Source of the DNA: Balanoglossus misakiensis | Lineage: Eukaryota; Animalia; Hemichordata | Assembly: GCA_040954595.2 (NCBI GenBank) | Contig: CM082577.2 | Coordinates: forward strand, 4,638,301 to 4,702,300 | Direction of reading: 5' to 3' | Length of the DNA: 64,000 bases | Part shown: piece by piece, positions 11,096-23,603 of the stretch | How the letters are laid out: every line of letters begins with the position of its first letter | Numbering within the stretch: position 1 is the first letter of the stretch | Program-made: the position numbers and the translations under genes | The notes under the pieces: generated by a model | What the model saw: the letters and a program-made list of their open reading frames with translations, nothing else | What the model was told of the DNA's origin: nothing | Databases searched by the model: none

Positions 11096-14038
11096 AATGC
11101 GTCAGAATTATGTTTACCATTACGATACCCTCACCAAGCTACGTGCATAAGGGCTGCAGCTAAAATAATTGATAACGAGTGTCTTTCACTTCAGTACATT
11201 TACATTCAGAACGACTTCGTATGAAATACATGTATATCAAAAGTCAGCTACTGTGCACCGACATGTCTAAGCCGTGTTGGTCGGCCATTAAGGGGTTATT
11301 ACACTTCTCCGTGCTTCGAAATCGCACGGATATTCCACAATGTAGAATAAATTTTATATTTTTTCTCTCAACTTTTTGTGTCGATTTTAAGTTCTACAAT
11401 TTGACTAATATATACTACACTTATTTCATGGGTTGCAAAGCTCGATTTGAGCGGACTATACAGATGCAATGTTGGAGTGGCTTTATTTAATGACTATGTT
11501 TTTCCCAGGGACAGATCACAGAAACCAACAAAGCCATAACGGTCAAGTACACGTCACACACGTGTGTCGGGCAATTTGTTGTCTGCGAATACGTAATTTA
11601 TCGCCATAATATAAGCGTACGGACTTTGCCGTCCTCTGCCGCAGAAAAAAAAATCAACACAATGAAAGTGTATGCAACCGATAACGATAAGCGCGCCTAA
11701 GGACCGTGTTCGATGGACTCATGTCAATAAATCTCAGAAATGGCACGAGCGAATGAGATTATTATACTTCGTCCTGTGAGCAAATCGACCAAAACATTGT
11801 CTCGCCGAGAGAAAAAAATCTGATCAGTATCTTCTTTCTGGCGAAGAAAACCAATCCCAACTGCGCTGCGCACGTGCCTCGGTAACGTCACACCAAGATC
11901 ACGGCGCGAACGTGGACAACATCGGCCGATATGGCGGACTTGAACTGCGCACACGTACACAAATATGAACAGGAAAGTGGTAAAGTCGCATGACAAGACT
12001 GTCGGACGGACAGAAATCCAGCCCCACATTCAGAGTTTGAACGTCAAATTGTACAAGCTTGAACATTTCGAACTTCGGTAACCAAGCGATCGTCTCCAAT
12101 GGAATCCTCTGCACGTTATATTTGTTTCACTTTAACGTGGCAAGCGAAAGTGATTTTCTGTCTCGTTGAGCGGGATTCCCATCAATTGAATTCCGATTGC
12201 AGGCTGAATGTACAGCTCAACATAAAACAAGTTCCCTGTCGAAAAACACCCTGTCGCAAAATAAATCAAATGACAAAAAGTGCACAGCGAAAAGACGATG
12301 CCGGCGTTATGATAATCGTAAGCTGGATTATAAATGTTAATTTTGGGGCGTGCGACCACAAGCGACGATAGAGTTATTGATTATATGGGGAATACGTGTG
12401 CGCACGCTTTGGCTGCTGGATTAGCGCCGTGTAATGCCCAGCGACTGAACAGCCAGGAAAACTCCAGCCATACGAGCCCGATCGCGAATTACAGTGGGGT
12501 TTAGACCGGGTGCACGTTTCTGCCTGGAGCGAAAGCATTAGTTCGGGGGTGAGGGGTGGGGGAGGATACGTCCCGAGCTAGCAGATTGTTTAAATTAAAT
12601 GCAATTTATCATGCATGTTCATAGTTAATTTGAAGCGGGCCGTATGCCCAGCGCGCGGATTTGAAGGACGCACATTAAAACGCTATTACAATAGAGGAAG
12701 AGAAATATACGCGTCCACGCAACAAGATATAGAAGCATACAAAAAGTAGGCTATCATCTAAATTACACTGCGCTAGCTTGCTCTGGGAAGTGTGGATGGA
12801 CCAGTTTGGGAAACGAGTCACCGCGGAGTTGATCAAAACACAATAATGGTGGCCCCTTGAATAATACATAGCTATTATACCAGTTTTGTCGTTCAGACCC
12901 GCGATATTTTTTTTTCAATCAGCGAAAGTAAAATGATTGAAATCAATACGAAAGTTAAATGCAAAAAAGTGAATGTCGCGATAACTTTGTTCACTTCCAA
13001 TGTTATTGCGGGTGATCGTAGCTTTTTTCCCCACTGCTAACACCGGCCGGTTTTCAGAATGGAGAATTGCAATTGGTCAGCAACCGACCAATCGGAACAG
13101 TAGTAGCGCACGTGACTGTTTACGAAATTTCTCTTTAGTAACTTTTTTTGCAAACAAGTGGAAATTTCAAAGACATTTTTGTTCGGAAAATAAACACAGT
13201 TTAGATATCGTTGGCTGGAAAACTGGCTAAATGCAGTGAATTTGCGTTATTATCGAAACAAATAAAGAGATAACATAATTTTCGTCTTCTGGATGACGCG
13301 TTAGGGTAAAAGTCGATCAAAGATTAGGCTGAGATGGCCGCCATCATATTTGATGATGACTCTCGCGCCAAGAATCATGTAGACTCTATAGTGGCTTCAA
13401 GTTGCAACAGCTTGGCTAGTATAGTCAGTTGACTTTGCAGCCTCCATCTCTCAACCGGCGATCGGACAGTTAACTCCCCATAAAATGCAGAAACCGTCTT
13501 GTCGGGGATAGTTAGCAATATGGCCGAAAAATAGAATATCGTATTGCCATTATTTGCCCCATCAAACAAAGGGATAAAAACGCGTGTTCTTTATTCGAAT
13601 GATTGATAAAGTCGGAGTGAAATTTTGACGTGGCAGTCCATTAGGACTTTGGATCGTGAGCAGGCTGGATGAATTTCGGGTTACGTAGCTTATCGTGCCA
13701 CCGGTTTTGGAATTCGATACTCGCTCACAGCAGAAACAGTGAGTATGTGCGCTTGTGAGTTGGTGGGAAGAGGGCCTCCGCTGCATCATCAGAACAAATG
13801 TTTAAACTGCCAAACACCAGCCGACACCAAAACAGATGACCCAAAACGACATCGTCTTTAGGGAATCTCTCATGATCTCTCAATCGACTTCAAATGTGAC
13901 CTTGTCGTATTTACAGCCAGGACAACAACAAAAAAACTATAGTTAGCTTCGAGATAACGCTATCAATTTAGAAAAATGTTGTGTTCTTTTGAGAGAGAAA
14001 AAGTTTAAATAAACAATTTAAAGGGATCAAAGCATGGT

Positions 14039-14081
<43 letters not shown>

Positions 14082-14133
14082 CCACCACCACCACCACCAC
14101 CACCACCACCACCACCACCAAGAAGAAGAAGAA
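14039..14133. repeat. Compound (CAT)n(CAC)n(AAG)n microsatellite
   Basis: Directly visible. Confidence 0.97.
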
Positions 14134-17100
14134 GTGTGATACTCAGATTGCCAGTTTACGCGGCAAATTTTGGCCAAAATTTTGGTCGAAAACTCTTCGT
14201 TGTAAACTTGCTTTGCAGAAATAGGCGTTTTTGACAGATCTGCAAAGCCCGATTGAAAGTCTCGCAAGCATTATCAATCCAGTGCTTGTTCTGTTTGCAT
14301 TGACAGACGGCGATGACTGCTCGCCTCAGTAATTTCCATATGGTGGGGGCATGCCTTCGTTAAAGGGGGGACCGGCACGTGTTCTCAGTTTATAGCTGCG
14401 TTGGCATACAAACTAACGGTCATTAAATCGAAATTTCCAGAACATGTTTTGGGCATTAAACCAAGCTTGGCAGTGTCGCATTATTTATGTTGTTTGTATT
14501 GGTGTAATAATCTCTCGAACCCCAATTTCGCGACGGTGTTTGGGGGTATTCGATCGTTCGAGAGTGGCACCTAATACCTGGAGCGGAGCTAAAAGTCGTA
14601 CGGTATGCCATACGGCTTCGGGTCTATGTACACAACTCAACCGTCGACGGAATGAAATTTTACATCGCCACTCCACAATCAACGACTGTCACACGAGGCA
14701 TGGGTAAACTCACATGCAATTGACATACAACAGTTGTCTCAAAGACTATGCAGGTAAAGTTACAGTAGCTGTGGTGGAACCCCCAGCCTCTTAGGGTTTA
14801 GTGGATGACGCTAAATAGCATATAGTTCAAAACTTGGTTTGATTGCTTGGTTTGTCCAGTCTGGAGCTGTCGTTCTGACCGTGCGTCCATCATCATTTTG
14901 GAAGAAGAATAAAACAGGGTTCTGCCTTACTCTGTGTACTCTTTTATAGACATACGTATGATGTCCCCCTCCCACGAAATGGTAAAATTACGACACAGTG
15001 AAGAATCACAGAAAAAACAGCGCTTGCGAAGAACCAGCGACAGTTTCACGGCGGCCAGCCCACTGACACACGAAGTAACAACATTGTTCGAAGATAAACA
15101 GTGTAGAATAAAACACAACATCCGCGAGTCTGCTTCGAAACCTTCTGTTTTTCCTTAATCTAAATCATACTAAGACAATATTAATTATTATTGGCCGTTT
15201 TGAATTCTGGTTGTTAAGAAGACTGATCCGGATAAGTACCCACACAGCGGAGTTGGGTCTCTCAATATTAATAATTACCCCCATATGACGCACAATATTG
15301 GAGCGAGATGAGGATGTATGTCTGAGTACAATCCAATGGTCTCCCCTTGAGCCAACAACTGATAACCCATTCAGAGAATTGTCATCATCAAAACAGACTG
15401 CCAGTCAGACAGGCTGACAAACAAACAAACAAACAGACAAACATGTTCTGAAAATGTGAAAATACCAAAACATTAACGTGAAATCTAACGTAATTTTTTT
15501 TCTGGTGCGTATAATTTTCCTCTTCGGTTCGTATATCTGACTGTAGAAACCACGAAACCTAATTATGTCATGTACCCAGAAAGGAGGAAAACAGAAAGAG
15601 AAGTTTAATCAATTATTAATCTCGGGGGAAAAATCGATACAGTTTAACATCAAAGGCAACCACAAGTTTTAAAACTGCATAGGAAACACATGGTTTGTCT
15701 GAGAATTTACGATACTGGGCTTTCGCCAGTGACATGCAATATATCACACAGGGTATCCCTATAATAATGGTTATTTTTACGAGCATGAAATAGCGGGCCG
15801 TTTGCCTAATAACGATACAATGCCTAAATTTAGCAATGTTGTACATCATAACGTCCATTTCTCCTATAGTAGAGGCCGGGGCGACCGAAATTTGTAATTG
15901 TCGGTTTTGTTGCAAGCACGTATATGATGGTCTCTCGTTTCTTGCCAGTGTATAAATTATCCGTGCCACTTTTCACAGAGCGATGGAAGAAGGAAAAGAA
16001 AGTGTAAAAGCCTATCGTTTTGTTTCGTTTTATAAAGGCCTGTTTCCAAAACTGACGTATCAAGCGATTCCTCGGCGTTTTTTATAGAAGTTATTACTCT
16101 ATTTAGCTTGTAATAATTCGTCTGAAGGTAATTCTGGCAGCTACAAGCGGGAAAGGTGTACGGTGGGCGACGAGGATAACGTTAGCTTAGTGAATTTACG
16201 CAAAATTAAGCCAATACGAAGGTGTTGCATATAGCTGTTCATTCACGACTTCAGGGGAAACAAATGTTATATAGTTGTATGTGAGGACAGAAATCATACA
16301 TGGAAATTAAATCGCGACTCTTCAATTCGGTTGTGAGCAGTGCGACTTGAGAACTGGGGGGGGGGGGGCTGGATAATGATAGTGGACGACAACTTGAACG
16401 AGCGAGAGGGGGTACATGTTAATACATTGTCAACTGAGACGGTGAACACTGGACAAGTTTTCACGTTTATTCCAACGCATGAACAGACATCGGTTAAAAA
16501 ATATTGGCAAACGTCACTCTGCTGCCAACACGACATGCCGAATCATTACGACCCCTCTCCACCACGAAGTCGTATGAACACCACGTTCTCGGTGAACCTA
16601 CAATTTCAAAAGCTCAAAATTTCAATTTTGAAATGACTCTGTCCGGTCTCACGCTTGAAATCGTTCGGTCATAGATGCAAGTTCGCCTCCCGCTATAAAT
16701 GAAATATCACTCACTCGCACGCCCCAAACGGTTGCCTGGCTTGCGTGCACGGAATAACGTTGGTCGCCCGCCAATCACACGACAACGTTGAAGGTAATTA
16801 AAATGCTAATGACGCTCCGAAGTCCAAAACAACCGCCTGGAACTTTTTTCCCCCGAGTGCGCACGCCCGAAGTCTTTTTTTTTTTCACGCGTTCTACTCG
16901 CCCCAGGGGCAGTGCAGAAATTCACAACACGGAGCGATATTAAATAGCTTAAATGAGCCTGTAATAAGTGCCGATTAATTTATCCTCAGTGGGAGTCTGA
17001 GGCGGTGTTAAGAATACAAGTCGGACGCGATCAAGTGTGGTTTTTCTTTCCATTGTTGCGAAATACAGAACCACCTTAGGCGACGTCATCCCGTATTCCG

Positions 17101-20100
17101 ATGAATGTTCGCGCGCTTTTTTTTGCCGATTCAGATTTTTCTGATGAATTTTATTCCTGTAACTCTGCAAATGACTCCGTCACAGAACAAAGAAGAAATG
17201 TCTACTTTTTTCAGCTTAGGAAAAATCACGAACTTATTATATTTCATAGTCACGTGAATATTGTCAACACATATCGATAAACGAATTCGAACGAGCAACG
17301 GAATCGACCCGCTCGCCGAAAGCTTGTCCGACGTGCCTTCTGCGAATCTTTGGGGAATCATTCTATTCTGAGAATAAAATGTGATTCGTGTGTGTTAGAA
17401 AACACTGAGAGCGTTTGTTTGGTTAAATGCGCTTCGATAATAAGTGTCCGCAGTAATCTTTTGTTAAAAGCCCATTTGTAGAGAAATCGGACAATCTTCA
17501 GCAAAAGGACTGGCCCGTGGGAGAGATGCCAGGGCATGTGTTGTAAGCCCCCTGGGGACAAAGTTTCGAGCGGATTGTAGCCTAATTTTCAATCGGCGAA
17601 AAGAGGTGCCGGTAGGATAGTATAGGCTACAGTGGAACACTGGCGAAGGAAGGCCGACAGAACATACGAACGCGTGTATTGAAATAAGCGAGAAAGGCTG
17701 AAAGCGCGTATAGCAGTGTTGCCCTCGAGCCAGACGATTCGTGCCAGGGGATAAGCACTTCGAGTAACTCCGACATGATTTCATAATTTAAAATCTACGA
17801 CTTTAAAACGTCTCTCAAGGTATCCAACAATGTATTTTTCAATGACAAACGATTTGTTCCTGACGTCTGATCCCAGAGTTTGTCTGAAGTACAGTTTGTA
17901 GAAATCGCGCATTTCAGTTTTCTTCTCGCTCTTCCGCCCGTCCGTCAACATGTTCAAACCATACAGGCAGCATTAGTTACTAATGACTGTTTAATCATGA
18001 ACTATTCGACTAACAGTTATACCGGACAGAAACAATTGTTTCATCATCTTCTTTTAAAAGGTTTTTAAATACAATACAACAATGGAAGGGATTATCATAT
18101 AATACGGCGGGAAATCACGAAAAGCTCCTGCCGTTGTTTCTGTGGTAACAACAAAGACGCGCGCAACGCAAATCGTATTGGCGGAAGAATACGAGTGCTC
18201 GAAAACCGGACAATAGATGCTGTGATTTGGTTAATGGACTTTCGTGGAGATCATATTTTTTTAAGCATCCGTCCGTAACTGTTTCATCCTTGTAATTAAG
18301 TTGGTAATAATTATCTTTTGACCCATCCCAATGTAATCAGATTAGGATTAGATCAGTCACAACAGATGTATCAGTGATAGTCCGAGGCTATCACACAGAA
18401 ATCGTGCAAAAACAGGTTAACGTACTTTTTAATAAAAAAGCAAAAATCATTTAATTTCACGTCAATTAAATGCGCTTTGAGCAGTCATTCTGTCCCAAAG
18501 CTACTTTCGGACGTCGAAAACAAAAACCGAATTAAGCGTGTTTTTCTCTTGCATGCGTTTGCTATTATGTTTAAGGGTCGCTACATTGGGTTGGCCGGCG
18601 GGCTGGCTGGCTGGCTTGGTGGATGGACGGATGGACGGACGGACGGATGGACGAAGGGACCGTGTCATCTCTCAACAAAGACATTTCGCCAATTGCATTC
18701 ACTTGCCAGAAAACTCAAGTACACCCTCCCACAAAAAAACGGACAGAGTTGTCACTCTTACAAAAATGATTGAACGGGGCATTTCTTCACGGGCGCAACT
18801 ACCATGAAATCGCAGTTTTTATTCACCATGGCTGTGATTTGTATTCAATTTGGTTAATCTTTCCCCGGGGTGTAGTGTTACCGCTCACCCAAAACACGTA
18901 CAGCCTGCTGGGTTTAGTTAAATGCATCTTGTATATTAAGAAAACTTAAGTTAAACATATATTGTCATGTCAAATCCATGACAGTAATTGTTCCCTATTG
19001 AAAGACCTCTTCTAACCTTTTCAAGTGTTCTTTCATAAGAAGTCAAAATGTTTGTACTTCAAAGCACGCAATTTGATATTTTTCACTACCGATAAGGGCC
19101 AGCCAAACGCTATCTCCGAAAATGCATCTCTTGATTTAGACAGTAAAATTCATAGATGACGCTGATATCTGTGGACGTGCGATGGCCAGAAAAAAGAAAC
19201 GCGGTTAATTAATGCTTTCCGTATTCTTGTTGGTCTATACCACGGGCTTTGAGCGAACGTGGAATGCGATCAATAGTTCTTCCACCATTCTACTCTAGCG
19301 CTTTCAGAAGAAAACACCCCGGTTCTTCGAATCACAAAACTTCACAAGTTCCACCACAATCTTAAACTTGCTGGTTCCCATGCCTTCTCAGTTTAATTCG
19401 GAGAGAATATTTGTTATACCGTGTCTAGTTTGTACAAATTGTATAATTGTAGACTTTAAAGCTGCAGCGATTGGACGTCGTGAATTGAATTAAATTGTTT
19501 ATATAATTATATTACATATTGTCAGATTATGTATTTCACTGACACTTCGGGGTGATATTAAAATGTAACTGACATAGTAATCATATATCTGCTGACCTAA
19601 TTCGGTTCTATAAAGATTGATCGGAGGCCTAGTTCTCTGCCGGGATGTAGAGCCGCTGAATTATGCCTCTGACGTTTGGTCAAGCGATGATTAATGTCGA
19701 ATGATGTAGTGCGAACGAAGAAACAATTAACTGCTTTGATAAACAAGAAGCAAGCCTATATGGATTTTGCTGGATGACACCCATCAATATTTGCCTCATC
19801 ATCCGACGATGACGTCAATATGGTGCCGTGGCTCTCTTTTGACGAACACAACGATCCCCTCATCCAACGCGCAGGCCAAAAAAAAAGAGAAAAGAAATGA
19901 AAACGTCCACATAAATCCCTATAAACAAAAGGAGTCAAAGTTGTCCGCTTTTTTTTCGGTTTTGAAATATCAGCGCGGGCAGACGACCGAGCAAAGAGAA
20001 AACACTCGAACGGTTGTGGTTTGCGTTGCCGCAGGCGGTGTAAAAATTTTGGAAGAAGGGTTAATGGAGATCAGCCAAGCATATTGTCGTCAAGCGCTCT

Positions 20101-21021
20101 CGGTAGAACAAGCTATCAATAACAAGGGCCCACTGTCAATAGGACTCTGTTAAATGTTTCAAATGTGGACAAGATAAACCCCCCGTACACTTCGGGCAGT
20201 GTGTAAAACCCACCCAGATTGCCCCGGGACGAGGTGGCAAACGACTGATCTGAAAGGGCGGCTGTATATGAAACCCAGCCGTAGAATTGACTTCTATCAT
20301 TTATTTGATCACTGTTCTTTTTTTTTTCTCGCGAACGCGCGCGCGCCGGTTTGTGGATCCCGATTTTTCTTGACACGACTCATTGATTCTGACTGCAGGG
20401 CACGCACAGACATCACCGCATTTTAATTAATTTTATGAACGTAATGGATCGTAAATTGGGAAGCAACTCATCATTTCCCCCAGAACAAAAGTGAAGAAAG
20501 AAATGTTGAAGTGAAAAAATAGAACAAATCAATGGGTCGGATAGCTTTAAAATGGACGGCGCCATTAAAAGAAAAAGACAACGCTAACCCCGACAGATAT
20601 CCTACTCAACACAGGAAAGACTAATAGATGATTTAGAATGCATTTACTCTGACCACAAAAATAAAACAGGCGGTTCCATGACAGTGATTTTTGCGGTTGG
20701 GTGTTTGTCCTCGTGTTTTGTTTCACAAAATAAGTATTGGTTGAAATACTTTCACGGCATCAGTGTGTCTCCTTTAATATAAATATCTCGATAAGATTGT
20801 TGTCAACGGTTCCTTTTCCTTTTTTATACAATGCTTCCAAGCAAATCAATCTAATCCCATCCAATCCAATCCAATCCACTCTAATCTAATCTTATAATCT
20901 AATTTATCACGGCTAATACCAGTTTCACACAGGGTGAAATTCGAAACGTTTCAGAGACACTTTTTGCCTTTTGTAAACGCAGAGAATTAATCCTTTGAGT
21001 CGCTTGTGTCCACACACACAA

Positions 21022-21240
21022 GGTGCGGTGCGGTGCGGTGTGGTGTGGTGTGGTGTGGTGTGGTGTGGTGTGGTGTGGTGTGGTGTGGTGTGGTGTGGTG
21101 TGGTGTGGTGTGGTGTGGTGTGGTGTGGTGTGGTGTGGTGTGGTGTGGTGTGGTGTGGTGTGGTGTGGTGTGGTGTGGTGTGGTGTGGTGTGGTGTGGTG
21201 TGGTGTGGTGTGGTGTGGTGTGGTGTGGTGTGGTGTGGTG
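21022..21240. repeat. (GGTGT)n pentanucleotide microsatellite
   Basis: Directly visible, about 44 units; the first three are GGTGC. Confidence 0.99.
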
Positions 21241-22895
21241 CGAAGTGATGTAGTGTGATACGCAATGCGATGCGAAGTGATATTGACGGGATATGACACC
21301 TGTGTTAGGACGCAATATAATATAAGGTTATTCACAAAATACCGGGATTTATGTCCGAGTACATTGTGCAGCGCAGGTATTGTCCGAGACAATTTTAATC
21401 TGCTAACCCAAAACTTTTTTACGGGTACGCCAACGCGACAGTTAAAAATGCAATTTCCACGATAAAAAAACTAACTTGAAAAAAGCTAAATCACGCGAGA
21501 CTTGGAATGACATGACGTCATCTCTGAACCGAAAACATGTTCAGGTAAATAATAAAAATGACCCGAAAAAAATATTGTCCTACCTACTGACCTTCCCTAT
21601 TTCTGAAAAACATGTTATTGGAACCACGAACAATTTTTTTGGCCTTATCCGTGTCTTCTTTTATCTCCTAACTTGAAATATGTCGAAAATTCTGCCATTT
21701 AGTCCGAGTGAATAGCCGCCAATGAATTATAGACGATCAAATTTTGCTCCGGATTTCAATTCTTTTGTAAGCGATAGAAGTGCACCTCATACATATACTG
21801 ACAAGCTGAATAATGGATATTTCAGCACGATTTAGAATGTTCAACACAGAAAATGTAACTGATCCTAGATATAAAAAGATACTTTTAAATTGTCAAATAT
21901 TATGGTCACTATCCCTCTAAATAATACATGGTATCAAAATAATTCAAGCTTTATAATTCTTTGTTCTGATAGTATGCTTGTTATTTTGAAGTTAATAATA
22001 AAATCATCCGTGCCATAATGGGTGGTAGATATTTCATGGACAGTTCTTTAAACAATTTTCATAAAAAATATTGAATATTGCCTCGAGATTGGGAGATATT
22101 TTTAGTTTGAAACAAAAAAAAAATACTTCGCGGAGAAGAGAACGAGTTTATCAATATCGGCTGACAGTATGTATAACAGGGTGCGCGATCGTCACTATAT
22201 ACAGAAGGTGGCGATCCAACAGACAGTGCCAACGGCTCTTTGATCGTATATATTGCCGAACTTTCTCAGTTTCTAGTCGAACTTATCGCCGTATACACCA
22301 CGAAGACCCCAAAAAACCCAAAGCTTGGCATGTCACGCACATTTTTGTTCGAGAATTGCCGTAATTCTCCGAGTGACCAATGTCGGTAATAATTTTGAGA
22401 GAAAAAAAATCCAAAAGAATTATTTCATTTCATTTTTTTTGCCGTGGGAATAATTGTGTTTGGTATGTCTTTTACATCGACGCATTTTACACTACAGCGA
22501 ACAATAGTGCGAGGGAGAATACCCATTATGTTGGATTCTCCTATCCATATGGCTAAGCGAGCCGGGTCAAGCGCTCTGCATACTTAATTCTCCAAATCGG
22601 AATGTACGGTTTAAATTTAGCATGCACATATGCGGGTCGTATTTACGATAAAATAAAAACAATACTTTATGCAAATGAGTAAACAAATAAATTTCGTTTT
22701 GCATTTTACAGACAGGCTGCAATTCGACCATACGGTACCTTAAGTAGGCGTGATATTCATCACAAACGACATATATAGTAGTGGAACGGAACTGCCGTAC
22801 TCAATATTGTTTTCGGGCCCACCCTTTTCGTATCGATACACTCATCGCTGACGAATCGAGATCGGCAAGGTGAGCGTCAAAAGTGCGGGGCAACC

Positions 22896-23603
22896 ATGAT
22901 GAACGGGGCGCTGAAAAGGAAGCTTCAAGAGAGGGTCGCCCAGCATAGCAACGGCCTCAGCGGACAGGAGAATTTACACCAGTTTTCGACGCACAGCAGT
23001 AGCGGCGGCGGCTTGCCAGGTAGTCACGCCAGCGCAGCTTCCCTGTTTGGCGACGGAGCCACGGTCACACACTACGACGATGGCGAGTTTGACTTAGCGG
23101 ACAGCGAGTCCTCGGAGATGACGAACCCCGAGAGCAGCAGCGTCGACGGGTCGTACAGGACGAGCGCGACGGGGAGGAGGCGGTACTCCAACCGGCGGGC
23201 GAACAGCGACCGCCGGAACCGCATCAACGAGCGGGAGCGGGTCCGCATGCACCAACTCTGCGACGCCTTCGAGAAACTGCGCAAGGTGCTGCCCTACCAG
23301 CGGGCGAAGCGGGGACCGAACAGGCAAAAAATATCCAAAATCGCCACCTTGCTGCTGGCGCAGAACTATATCCGAGCGCTCGAAGACATGCTGCAGCGAA
23401 GCCACCAGTTCGACACAGCGGCGCAGTGTCAACCTGTACCCACGGACACGGGGAGCTACTACTGTAACAGCGACCCGTCGTCGTACTACTACGGAGCCAA
23501 CCAGCCGTACGACACGACACACGTGCAGAGCTACACGCCGACCACATCGTACATGACGACGCCAGAACACCACCACCTATCGCCGTCTGTGACGGGACTT
23601 TAA
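22896..23603 (+). CDS. Group A bHLH transcription factor, atonal superfamily, Olig/Beta3(bHLHe22/23)-like, divergent
   Basis: 235-aa GC-rich ORF with Kozak-like ACCATG. The bHLH is [29 protein letters not shown]...[18 protein letters not shown]; helix 2 [13 protein letters not shown] is the Olig/Beta3 signature. AATAAA at 24030. Confidence 0.93.
   Translation: MMNGALKRKLQERVAQHSNGLSGQENLHQFSTHSSSGGGLPGSHASAASLFGDGATVTHYDDGEFDLADSESSEMTNPESSSVDGSYRTSATGRRRYSNRRANSDRRNRINERERVRMHQLCDAFEKLRKVLPYQRAKRGPNRQKISKIATLLLAQNYIRALEDMLQRSHQFDTAAQCQPVPTDTGSYYCNSDPSSYYYGANQPYDTTHVQSYTPTTSYMTTPEHHHLSPSVTGL

Noticed and set aside
16895-16915. Additional CTCF-like matches (also about 30713 and 44206)
   Set aside because: The core is one base short of the consensus spacing, so too weak to call.
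20899-21392. HHTTP/CGVVW-repeat ORFs
   Set aside because: Pentanucleotide microsatellite.
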